This document shows, in pieces, positions 1 through 12,060 of a DNA stretch of 64,000 bases. The translations under genes were made by a program, and so were the position numbers. The notes beneath the pieces were generated by a model. That model saw only the letters and a program-made list of their open reading frames with translations, was not told the DNA's origin and did no database searches. Every line of letters starts with the position of its first letter. The stretch's first letter is position 1. Source of the stretch: Mobula hypostoma (Eukaryota); NCBI RefSeq assembly GCF_963921235.1, contig NC_086097.1:5084001-5148000 (forward strand), in the 5' to 3' direction.

Positions 1-270
1 AGACTCATTCCACCGAGATGCAACACTGAGCGTCATAGGAAGTCATTCCTGCCTGTGGCCATCAAACTTTACAACTCCTCCCTTGGAGGGTCAGACACCC
101 TGAGCCAATAGGCTGGTCCTGGATTTTTTTCATAATTTACTGGCATAATTTACATATTACTATTTAACTATTTATGGTTCTATTACTATTTATTATTTAG
201 GGTGCAACTGTAACGAAAACCAATTTCCTCTGGGATCAATAAAGTATGACTATGACTATGACTATGACTA
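1..270 (+). mobile_element. Rex1/Babar-like LINE 3' end with (GACTAT)n tail, truncated by the window start
   Basis: Encodes RLIPPRCNTERHRKSFLPVAIKLYN, then AATAAA and tandem GACTAT. Near-identical to the inverted copy at 61448-62027. Confidence 0.8.
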
Positions 271-1225
271 CTAATGCCTCCATAATCTCTACTGTTACCT
301 TTTTTCAGAACCCAATGGTACAGTTCATCTGGTCCGTGTGATTTATGTAAATTTAGGTCTTTCAGCTTTTTGAGCCTCTTCTCCCTTGTAAAAGTAACTC
401 CACCCCTTTCTTCCCTTGCATCCTTCAACATCTGGCACACTGCTAGAGTTTTCCACAGTGAAGACTGATGCAAAATACTCATTAATTCATCTGCCATCTC
501 CTTGTCCCCCATTGTCATTTCTCTGGCCTAATTTTCAAGCTGTCCTATATCCACTCTCATCTCTCTTTTATTTTTATATGCTTGATATTGTTTGTGAGCT
601 TGCTTTTGTATTTCATCTTTTACCACTTAATAATTATTTTAGTTGCTTTCTATAGGTTTTTAAAGCCTTCCCAATCCTCCATCTTTCAGCTAATTTTTGC
701 TTTGTTGTGTAATTTCTTTTTTGCTTTTACATTAGCTTTTAATTCCCTTGTCAGCCACGCTTGGATTGTTTTGCTATTTGAGTATTTCTTTGTTTTTGGA
801 ATATATCTATCCTGCATCTTCCTCATTTTTCCCAGAAACTCAAGCCATTGCTGCTCTGCTGTCATCTCTGCCAGTATCTCCTTCCAATTTACTTTGGCCA
901 GCTCCTTTCTCACAGCACTGTAATTTTTTTTACTGCTCTGAGATACTGCTACATCAGATTTTACTTCCTCCCTATAAAACTTCAAGTTGATCTCAATGAT
1001 ATTGTGACCACTGCCTCCTAAGGATTCCTCTACCTTAAACTCTCTAATCACCTCCAGTTCATTACATAATGTCCAATCCAGTGTAGCTGATCCCCTCGTA
1101 GGTTCAAGAACAAACTGCTCAGAAAAGCCATTTTGTAGACATTCAACAAATTCACTCTCTTAAGATCCATTACCAAGCTGATTTTTCCAATCTACGTGCC
1201 TGTTATAATCTCCCATGATGATCAT
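271..1225 (-). mobile_element. CR1/HER1-like LINE ORF2 fragment (endonuclease to early RT), degenerate
   Basis: ORFs 686-1051 and 186-518 match typical CR1 ORF2 peptides (LGGSGHNII, KELAKVNW, KSHGPDELY). Confidence 0.85.
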
Positions 1226-1230
1226 AGCAA

Positions 1231-1575
1231 AGAGGGAATAAAGGGAGCCTTTTCTGGGTAGATATTTGTGCCTAGTGGTGTTCCACAGGGGTCTGTGTTA
1301 GGACTGCTTCATTTTACGTTATATGTCAATGATTTGGATGACGGACTTGATGGCTTTGTTGCAAAGTTTGCAGATGATATGAAAATAGGTGGAGAGACAG
1401 GTAGTTTTCAGTAAGTAGAGAGGCTACAGAAGGTCTTAGATTAGGAGAATGGGCAAAGAAGTGGCAGGTTGAACACAGTGTTGGGAAGTGTATGGTTATG
1501 CACATTGGTAGAAGAAATAAACGGTAGATTATTTTCTAAATGAAGAGAAAATACAAAAAACTGAGATGCAAAGAC
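1231..1575 (+). mobile_element. CR1-like RT fragment in opposite orientation to 271-1225
   Basis: Encodes [10 protein letters not shown] and KFADD motifs. Confidence 0.85.
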
Positions 1576-2214
1576 CTCATTGGAACAGTTCTGGAAGTCC
1601 GTTTTTTCAATAATTTCTAAAGCACTTAAAATTAATTTACAACCTAATAAATTAACTGTGCTTTTTGGAATAATTCCTCAAAATGTTCATGGTATTTCTG
1701 TGACTGACCAGCATGTTATTGCGTTTGTTACATTGATAGCTAGGAGGGCCATTTGTTGAAGTGGAAGGATACATCAGCTCCCACTTTGTCACAATGGTTC
1801 TCTCAAGTGATGCTATGTCTTAGTTTGGAGCAAATTAGAAGTCGAACCTTTGAACCTTTATTTGATTTTGAGAAAAGATGGGGCTCATTTGCTCGTTATT
1901 ATCATTTGAGCTAATTGATATAATTTTTCCAACATCTAATTGTAAATTTTTTTGGTATATTTTCTTTTCTTGCTGGCGGTTTGATGTTTATTTTTAGAAG
2001 CTTTTTGTATGACGCATGGCTCCAGGGTTGTACACCTAATGGGTTCTTTTTTTTTCTCACTTTCCTGCTTAGTAGGTTTTGTTTTGTTATCATAAATTTT
2101 TTTTTCAATCTTTAAGATGATATCTTTTTGAGACATTGTAAATGTTGTTACTTCAATGTATTCATGTTATTTTTTCTGTATAATATAACAATAAAAAGAT
2201 TTGAAAAGAAAGAA
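1576..2214 (+). mobile_element. L1-clade LINE 3' end
   Basis: Encodes the L1-type C-terminus (FWKSVFSIIS, IARRAI, KWKD.SAPT.SQW), followed by a T-rich 3' UTR, AATAAA and an A-rich tail. Confidence 0.7.
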
Positions 2215-3514
2215 CCCCAAAGCACCGCCAGCTCCCCCTCCCATGCGTAAGCAGCAGCAAAGCAACAATACCCCCTCCCCTACCAGCAAAAAAAAGCATT
2301 GGCACCCCCCCACCACCGAGCACTCAAGCGTGCAGCGATTCTGCAAAATCTCACTGTGCCACCATCTTACAGAAGGCTACAGCACTGGTTTAAGGACAAA
2401 AATCAGAAGGTACGAATAAATAAATCAATTTTGTTTTGGCAAATTTTTATGACTGGGATACATCAGGGATTAATGCTGAATGCATAAGCTGTTTACAATT
2501 TCTATGAACAATTTAAATGATTCAGTATCCGAACTTACAGACAATACATCTGGGAAAGTGATCTCTGAGGATGAAAAAGCTCTGTGCAGAAATAAATATA
2601 TATACAGTAAAGACTCTGGCAGATGGAGAATAGATTTTGTTTTACAGGTTAAGAAGAGAAAACAGAATATTTCTTATCAGTGTTGGTACTAGTTTTATTA
2701 TTGTCAAAGTGAGATAATTTGTTTGCCTGTAACCCAGTTCACTTAGAGGTTGGCGTATGAAGAAAGGTCGAGTATTTTGGGTCAATATTCATTGGAAGTT
2801 CAAAGACAGAGAGATGATCTGCTTGACAGGTAGATGACTCAGGGGGAGATTTGCAGGGAGGACCTGAGAAGATATTCCCCTTACTGGGGACATCTCAAAA
2901 TTAAAGCATGGTTTCACAACAAGGGTTTGCTGATTTCAGATGGAAATGGGGAGGAACTTCTCTTGAAGGATTATGATTCATCTGAATTCTCTCTCCCAGA
3001 GAGCCTGGAGGTGGAGTTATAAAACATAGGTTTAGAATATTAGAAGGCATATGAATCACAAGAGAGTCATTGGGCAGGGGGAAATGGAAAAGTGATGTTG
3101 AGGCCATGAATGGAACAGCTATGATCAGCTTGAGGAGCCAAATAATCTCCTCCTGCTTCGCTCATATACCTGGAAGGAAAGAACTTGGCCCATTGACTCC
3201 ATTTTGGTTCTCAGATCAATTCCATCATTCTTCATGATCATTAATCACACATCCCCACCTCCGACCATCCTCTGTCAATCACCTACACTAATAGTAATTT
3301 ATATAAACTAATTAACCTACTGACTTGCTGTTCCTGGTACTACTTATTTATTCAAGTTCATTTACACCTGCACTTGGGGCTCATACAAAAATGTCCCACC
3401 ACCACTACTTTACCACTTCCTGTCAGAGTCACCTTATGTACAGACACTCCTATGCCAGGCGTCTCTTTATGGACATACAATCAATCTATGTATATAAGCT
3501 ATCTTGGGTACTTA

Positions 3515-3930
3515 TACTGGTGGCGGGGTGGAGATACGACTCTACCAAAGGAGATGTAAGGCGCTGTTTCCCTCTGCTAGCCAGCAGGTCACCCTTGGGC
3601 AAGATGTAGTACTTGCTTAGCCTTCCCACCCACCCACCAGAGTGGGTCAGGGCCATTGTGAAGCCATGGGACTAGCTGGTGGACGGTCGTATGAGCAGTT
3701 GGTGCATATCACAAGTCCTGGTTATGTAACCGCTGACCAGGCAGACAATTTCTGAAGAGAAGTGATAGTGGCTCGGGTCACCCATTTTGTAAAAACACCA
3801 CCCAGAAGAAGACAATGGCAAACCACTTCTGTAGAAAAATTTGCCAAGAACAATCATGGTCATGAGACTATAATCATCACCATTATATGACATGCCACAA
3901 AATTATGATGACGATGTTGATGATGATGAC
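3515..3930 (+). mobile_element. RTE-related non-autonomous SINE-like element with (GAT)n tail
   Basis: Contains GAAGACAATGGCAAACCACTTCTGTAGAAAAATTTGCCAAG, resembling the RTE-derived segment of Bov-A/Sauria SINEs. Second copy at 49712-49998. Confidence 0.6.
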
Positions 3931-4489
3931 ATGCATTTATATTTATTGTCTTTTTATATCATTGTGTTCTTTATCTTATTGTGCTTTTTTTTGTGATGCA
4001 TCGGATCCGAAGTAACAATTATTTCATTCTCTTTTACACTTGTGTACTGGAAATGACAATAAGCTATCTTGAATCATGAATTATATATCTGGCAAAAGTC
4101 TTGCCTTGATAGTAAAGTAGTTCTTTTTTAATAATGGAAAAGAAACTAATATATCTATAAAAACCAAAAATGCTGGAAATTGCCTGTGTTCCTCGCAACA
4201 TCTGCTGACTACTCTAGATTTAATGGCTTTTGTCAGATTTCTGTCATGTTTATATTTTTGCTGAATGTTAATTGGGATCACTCTGGGATTCAGGTGACGG
4301 GTAACTGAGCTGAAATTTTAACTCTCACCTGCACTGCACATTTGGCTTTTTTCCCCCGATTTTATTCCTGCATGAAACAAATTTACATTTCCATAATAAT
4401 GGGAGACAACTCTGTGCCTACCGTCACCTCATGGATATACAATCAGTCTATTTATACAGTACTGTGCAAAAGTCTTAGACACATATATG

Positions 4490-4702
4490 AGAAAATCTGC
4501 AGATGCTGGAAATCCAAAGCACACACACACAATGCTGAAGGGACTCATTATGAAAAGACGAAATACCCAACCGTCCCGATGAAGGGTCTCGGACTGAAAC
4601 ATGTACTGTACTCTTTTCTATAGAAGCTGCCTGACCTGCTGAGTTCTCTGGCATTTTGCATGTGTTGCTCTGAATTTCCAGCATCTGCAGAATCCCTTCT
4701 GT
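4490..4702 (+). mobile_element. Penelope-like terminal repeat with inverted partial copy and degenerate hammerhead
   Basis: 4490-4547 is a reverse complement of 4635-4692. Degenerate core CCGATGA...GAAA at about 4577-4600. Confidence 0.7.
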
Positions 4703-4989
4703 CTATGATTTTATTCATTATCTTGTAGCTTTTTTGCACTGTGTCAGATTTGGAGTGAGAATTATTTTTTTCTCCTTTACACCTGTATATTGGGAATGAC
4801 ATCTTGAATCTTGAATCATGAATGATGGAAGACAGGTTAGAGATGGCAAAGGGGCTTCATGATCGTCAGCCTGTGCAGTGCTCCACCACCAATATTAAGC
4901 CAGTAGACAAGCATTGCCTTATTGTGATACTGTCTTCTGTCCAAATGTGTTACCATAAAACCATAAGATATAGGAGCAGAATTAGGCTG

Positions 4990-7097
4990 CATAGGTACAT
5001 TCCAATGAGACAGGGAAGGGATGGTAGGGTACAGGAACCATGGTGTACCAAGGCTGTTGAAAATCTAGTCAAGAAAGAATAAAAGCTTACAAAAGGTTCA
5101 ACAAACTATGTAATGATAGAGATCCAAAAGATTATAAGGCTAGTAGGAAGGAGTTCAAGAATGAAATTAGGAGAGCCAGAAGGGGCCATGAGAATACTTT
5201 GGTGAGCAGGATTAAGGAGAACTCCAAGGCATTCTACAAGTATGTGAAGAGCAAGAGGATAAGACGTGACAGAATAGGACCTATCAAGCGTGACAGTGGA
5301 AAAGTGTGCATGGAACCGGAGAAGATAGCAGAGATACTTAATAAATACTTTGCTTCAGTATTCACTACAGAAAAGGATCTTGGCAATTGTAGGGATGACT
5401 TACAGCAGATTGAAAAGCTTGAGCTTATGAACATTAAGAAAGAGGAAAGCATCATGTTGGATTAGTCTCTGAGACTCGATAAGATGTACCCCAGGCTACT
5501 GTGGGAGGTGAGGGAGGAGATTGCTGAACCTCTGGCAATGATCTTTGCATCATCAATGAGGATAGGAGAGGTTCTGGAGGATTGGACGGTTGTGTATGTT
5601 GTTCCTTTATTCAAGAAAGGGAGTAGAGATAGCCCAGGAAATTACAGATCAGTGAGTCTTACTTCAGTGGTTGGTAAGCTGATGGAAAAGATCCTGAGAG
5701 GGAGGATTTATGAACATTTGGAGAGGCATAATATGATTAGGAATAGTCAGCATGATTTTGTTAAAGGCAGTCATGCTTACGAGTCTGATTGAATTTTTTG
5801 AGGATGTGACTAAACACATTGATGAAGGTAGAGTAGTAGATGTAGTGTATATGGACTTCAGCAAGGCATTTGATAAGGTACTCCATGCAAGGTTTATTGT
5901 GAAAGTAAGGAGGCATGGGATCCAAGGGGACATTGTTTTGTGAATCCAGAATTAGCTTGCCTACAGAAGGCAAAGAGTGATTGGAGATGGGTCATATTCT
6001 GCTTGGAGGTTGGTGACCAGTGGTGTGCCTCAAGGATCTGTTCTGGGACCCCTTCACTTTGTGATTTTTATAAATGACCTAGATGAGGAAGTGTAGGTTT
6101 GGGTTAGTAAATTTGCTGATGACGCAGAGGTTGGAGGTGTTGTGGATAGTGTGGAGGGCTGTCAGAGATTACAGCAGGACATTGGTAGGATGCAAAACTG
6201 GGCTGAGAAGTAGCAGATGGAGTTCAACCCAGATAAGTGTGAGGTGGTTCATTTTGGCAGGTCAAATATGATGGCAGAATATAGTATTAATGGACTCATG
6301 GCAGTGTGGAGGATCAGAGGGATCTTGGGGTCCGAGTCCATAGGGCACTCAAAGCTGCTGCACAGGTTGACTTTGTGGTTAAGAAGGCATACGGTGAATT
6401 GGCCTTCATCAACCGCGGGACTGAGTTTAACAGCTGAGAGGTAATGTTACAGATATATAGGACCCGGCTTTGACTGCCTGCTTATTTCTACTCTATTGAA
6501 TTTAGGAGCTAAGGGATAATGTTGCAGCTATATAGGACCCTGGTCAGACCCCACTTGGAGTACTGTGCTCAGTTCTGGTCGCCTCACTACAGGAAGGATG
6601 TGGAAACCATAGAAAGGGTGCGGAGGAGATTTACAAGGATGTTGGCTGGATTGGGGAGCATGCTTCATGAGAATAGGTTGAGTGAACTCGGCCTCTTCTT
6701 GGAGTGGCGGAGGATGAGAAGTGACCTGATAGAAGTGCAGAAGATAATGAGAGGCATTGATTGTGTGGATAGTCAGAGGCTTTTTCCCAGGGCTGAAATG
6801 GCTAACATGAGAGGGCATAGTTTTAAGGTGCTTGCAAGTAGGTACAGAGGAGATATCAGGGGTAAGTTTTTTACGCAGAGAGTGATGAGTGCGTGAAATG
6901 GGCTGCCGGCAACGGTGGTGGAGATGAATACGATAGGGTCTTTTAAGAGATTCCTGGATAGGTACATGGAGCTGAAAAAAATAGAGGGCTATGGGTAACC
7001 CGAGATAATTTCTCAAGTAAGTAAATGTTTGGCACAGCATTGTGGGCTGAAGTGCCTATATTGTGCTGCAGATTTTCTAAGTTTCTACGTTTCTAAT
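4990..7097 (+). mobile_element. 5'-truncated CR1/HER1-like LINE (RT pseudogene plus 3' UTR)
   Basis: Encodes PLFKKG, YMDFSKAFDKV, KFADD and LVRPHLEYC, with stops and frameshifts; ends in a short tandem-repeat tail. Confidence 0.9.
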
Positions 7098-7249
7098 TTC
7101 AAAGTGATTGTTCCCTTTCTTAGTTCCACACATATAATCTCACTGGCTGCTTCTCCCAGGATATTCTTCCCGTGTACTGCTGAAATGTTCTCCCCTATCA
7201 TCAGTATAACAGTTCCTCATCTTTTGTACCTACCTCAATGCCTGAATCT

Positions 7250-7542
7250 TGGGTGCTACGGTAGTGTAGTGTTATTGTGACACTATTACAGCTGGAGAAT
7301 TGAATTTCAATGTTCTCTGTAAGGAATCAATGTACACCCTCCTTATGAAATACACAAGATTTCTCCGGGTTCTCTGGTTTCCTGTCACAGTCCAAAGTCA
7401 TACTGGGTCGGTTAATTGCAAATTGTCATTGTAAATTATTCTGCGATGAGGTTAAGTTTAATTCAGGGATTGTCAGGGCAACGTGGCTTAAAGCACTGGA
7501 TGGGCCTATCCTGTTGCATTGCTGAAAATAATAAACAATAAA
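7250..7542 (+). mobile_element. tRNA-derived V-SINE (HE1-like)
   Basis: tRNA-like head and the V-domain motif TTTCTCCGGGTTCTCTGGTTTCCTGTCACAGTCCAAAG. Confidence 0.65.
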
Positions 7543-8147
7543 AAGCACTTTCTGAATGAGTGCAATAGTAATTTAATGTCATTTAATGGAGTTATGTCTA
7601 CAATTGCTCTTTTCCCTACTGACAAGTGATATCTATCTGAATGCAGCCACCAGTTAGAATTAAAATCAATATGGGATCCAAATCTTGTTAAAAATAATGA
7701 AATGTCACTGCACATGCCATGTCGATTAACATAGTAACATTCACAATATTAGACCTAGCAGATTTTAAACATAATAGAATAATCAGTGAAATACTGCAAT
7801 TATTTGCAAATGAAAAACCTATGCCTACACTTCAAATAAAAACTCAATGACTGTGAAGGACTTTTGAGAGAGTAGAAGGCACAATAGAAATAAAAATTCC
7901 TTTTCTCTTTGCACAATTTATTCTCCATGTCATGGATAATATATTATGTAACATCTCTGCGATATTAATTGATTAGGGAATAAAATGATATTCCCTCAGC
8001 CACTCCTTAAATTTCAGTCTGACACGCCATTTAACATTCAAAAATATTTATATGATTCTATTTAACATCAGTTAGTTTCCTCTTTTAAGTGTGAAAAACA
8101 GAGAAAATAGATGCGTTTTACTACTACTACTAGTATAATAATGATTT

Positions 8148-11100
8148 GTGAGGTATCGTGTGCTTCTTGGAGTGCAACATCAAGTACACATTAAACAAAT
8201 ACACGCACGGGCGTCTTCGCTCTGTGGCCACTTCTTCAAGTCTTTCTGCAATCGGGGGGAGGGCGACGGAAGCAGTCAATGTGACGGCTGGACGCTCCTA
8301 GTCAAGAACCAGCACGAAAGTGGTGAATACTTGATTTAGTCGCTCAACATTTGGGCAGGAGCAGGAAAGTTGTTTGGTAGCAGGATCCACTCTGCTCACC
8401 CTGAACTGGGAAGGGGCTAGAAAAGGTGCCCCAAAAATAGTCTGTTTCACCCCATCCTGTCTGGAAAGCCGCGTCCAGAGGGATCACCATCATGTGGTCG
8501 AAAAACATCGAGAAGTGAAACTATGAAATTTGGAACCTGGAATATACGAACTCTGATGGATAACTCAAACTCAAACTGACCAGGGAGGAGAACTGCCTTT
8601 GTTGCCCGGGAACTCCAAAAATTCAACTTTGACATTACTGCTCTGAGTGAGACCCGCAGAGCTGGAGAAGGGCAACTAAAGGAAGAGCAAGGCCAATACA
8701 CCTTTTTCTGGAAAGAACTTGATCCTGAACAACCGAGGATCCATGGAGTAGGTTTTGCCATCTGAAACAGCCTACTTCAGAAGCTGACAGAGCAACCACT
8801 GGGAATCAACGAACGTCTCATGACTCTGCGAATCCAACTTGTCAAGAACCAACACACTATCATCATCAGCGCCTATGCTTCAACTCTGGATGCTGAAGAT
8901 GAAGTAAAGATGAACTTCTATGCCCAACTTGACACGTCCTTTCCTCTGTTCCCAACAATGACAAGATCATTCTCTTAGGAGACTTCATTGCCAGAGTTGG
9001 GAAAGATCATAGGCTCTGGACTGGAATAATAAGCAAGGAAGGAGTTGACAAAGTCAACAACAATGGAACACTCCTCTTCACCAAATGTGCTGAACACAAC
9101 CTGGTGATTACAAACACTCTTTTTCACCAGAAAAAAACAGGCACAAAGTCTCCTGGTAGCATTCACACTCCAAACACTGATACCTCATTGACTACATCAT
9201 CGTACGATCTCGGGACCAACAAGATGTACTGATAACAAGAGCTGTTACTGGTGCTGACGAGTGCTGGGCAGACCATCGACTCATCTCGTCCACCATGAGA
9301 ATGAGGATTTGGCCCAAAAGGAAACACCAAAATCAGAACACTATTAAGAAATGCAATGTTGACATCCTTCAAGACATCAGCCATGTACAGAAGTTCCAAC
9401 AAAATCTTCAAGAACAACTGCCTCAACAAATCCCACCATCTGTAGAAGAACACTGGAATCAATTGAAGGACGCTATCATCACCTCCTGCAAAGAAACCAT
9501 TGGTTCAAGATGAAAAAACATCAGGATTGGTTCGATGATAACGACAAACTACTCCAACAACTCATCAACGAAAAGAGAAAAACTTTCATCACCTTACAAA
9601 ATGACCAACAATCAGCTACCAAAAGGAAACACTATCAGGAATGCAAGGCTACAGTTCAGAAGAGCACCCGAAACCTGAAAAACTAATGGTGGAGGAAGAA
9701 AGCTCAGGAAATCCAACAACTAGCAGACGCCAACGACACTTGAGGCTTTTTCAACACAACTAACGCTATTTTTGGCCCATCCAGGCACGGTCAAGCCTCT
9801 CTCAAAAACAAAGATGGTTCAACCATCCTGAAGAGCAATGCTGACATCAATTCTGGATGGAGGGAGCATTTTCAAGATCTTCTAAATCAAACCGTCTCAT
9901 TTGACAGGAAGGTGATCAACAACATTCCAAAACAGCCCGTTGATGACTCCCTAAGCAAAATACCAACACTTGAAGAAGTCAAGGAAGTCATCAAAACCTT
10001 GAAAAACAACAAGGCCGCTGGACTCGATGGTATACCATCCGAGGTCTACGAAATTGGAGGTAATCCGCTTCATTATCAACTGCATCAAATTCTCATTAAG
10101 ATCTGGATAAATGAAGATGTACCAGCAGACTTTAGAGACTCAGCAATCGTTACCATCTACAAAAGAAAAGGCAATCGATCTGAATGCGGAAACTATCGTG
10201 GAATTTCTCTGTTAGCAACAGCAGGAAAGATCTTCACCTGCATCATGAACTACCAGCTCAAGCCTTTAGCTGAGAAGATCCTTCCGGAGACACAAGCCGG
10301 TTTTAGACCATCAAGTGGAGCAATCGACATGATCTTCACAGTGCGACAACTACAAGAAAAATGTCATGAACAATTTCAACCTTTGTACATGGCATTCATG
10401 GAGCTCACCAAAGCCTTTGACTCGGTATCAAAGGAACTCCTATGGGATGTCCTATCCACCTATGGATGCCCTGAAAAGTACATTCGAATCCTGAGACTCC
10501 TTCACGATGGTATGCTTGCCACAGTCATGGTCAGCAACAGTAACTGTGAGCCTTTTCAAGTTAGATCAGGAGTAAAACAGGGATGCGTGATTGCCCCAAC
10601 TTTGTTCACCATTTTCATTGTGACAATCATCCACATCATCAACGATGACCTACCCCCAGGAATCGAAATTGTCTACAGAACAGATGGCAGACTTTTCAAT
10701 CCTGCCTGTCTAGAGTCTAAAAACAAGACATCCACGAGTTCCCTCATCGAGTTCCAATACGCAAAATACAACAGTATTGCAGCTCTTTCAGAAAACCACC
10801 TCCAACAGATTCTGACTGCCTTCAACTATGCATACACGAAACTTGGACTTACCATCAATTCCAAGAATTCTCAGATCATCTACCAACCATCGCCAACTGA
10901 GACAAATCGGATAGAGCCATCAATTCAACTTGGCAAAACAACCCTGGAAAAAGTGGACCACTTTCCGTATCTTGGAAGTCACCTCTCCTCCAATGTCGAC
11001 CTTAATGACGAGATCCAACATCGTCTTAAATGTGCTGGAACAGCTTTTGAACGTCTCCAAACAAGAGTCTTTCATGATCGTGACCTCCGAACAGACACCA

Positions 11101-11625
11101 AAATGTTAGTGTACAAAGCACTGGTGATCCCAATGCCCCTGTATGCATCAGAAACCTGGACAATATACTGACGACATCTGAAGGCACTTTAATAGTTCCA
11201 TCAATGCTGTCTTCAATACATCTTAAATATCAGCTGGGAGTGGTCATGTTGTTCGGATGAAAGACGAATGTCTGCCAAAACAAATCTTCTACTCCCAGCT
11301 TAAAGGAGGCAAACATAAAAGAGGCGGACAACATGAAGAAATGTAACATCGACATCAACAATTGGGAAACCAATGCCAAGGACAGGAAACTCTGGCAAGC
11401 CATTATCCGAGGAGGAACAGCAACTTTCGAAGCCAACAGATGTGCAGAATTAGAAGAAAAGAGAAGAGAATGGAAAGAGAGGCAGCAACAACCAAAGCCT
11501 GATCTGCCATCTGGAACTACCTGTCCTGAATGCAGAAGAACTTTCAGAGCCAAAATTGGACTCATAAGCCACTTGAGAGCCCATAAATAGACCAACAGAA
11601 TGAAGACCATCATCCTCGACCTCGA
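8148..11625 (+). mobile_element. Near full-length RTE-clade LINE, inactivated
   Basis: APE endonuclease (GTWNIRTL, LSETR, SAYA), RT (YRGISLL, GVKQGC, YADD mutated to YAKY) and C-terminal C2H2 finger CPECRRTFRAKIGLISHLRAH. Several stops and frameshifts. Confidence 0.92.
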
Positions 11626-11711
11626 TTTTATCCAGAGAAATGGTACTTTAGTGCCCATCCTCTGAAATTTTACAGGCTATTTTTCAGATATTAGAGCAAG
11701 TAAATTAAAAT

Positions 11712-12006
11712 TATATATTTATTCAGAGATACAGCGTGGGAAATGCCCTTCTGGCCCAATGAACCGCACCAGCCAGCAACCAACCTATTTAAACCTAGCC
11801 TGGTCTCAGAACAATTTACATTGACCAACTAATCTACTAACTTGTATGTTTTTGGACCATAGTAGCAACCTGGAGTCTTTGGAGGAAACCAGACGATGGA
11901 GAACATACAAACTCCTTACAGAATGCCATGAGAATTGAACTCCCAACTGCGGAATGGCCTGAGCTGTAGTAGCCTTACACCAACTGCTATGCTACCATGG
12001 TGCCCC
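11712..12006 (-). mobile_element. V-SINE (HE1-like)
   Basis: Reverse-complement similarity to 31558-31835. Confidence 0.65.
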
Positions 12007-12060
12007 AAAATTTTATGTGATATACTACTTATATTAGTATTAATATTACTCAATACTACT

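Noticed and set aside
7105..7235. Exon-like stretch with an acceptor consensus
   Set aside because: The minus strand matches a degenerate CR1 endonuclease fragment.
8155..8340. Possible ribozyme at the 5' end of the full-length RTE (ATCAAGTA/TACTTGAT pairing, CAC-GAAA-GTG hairpin)
   Set aside because: Hairpins exist, but no complete catalytic core could be fitted.
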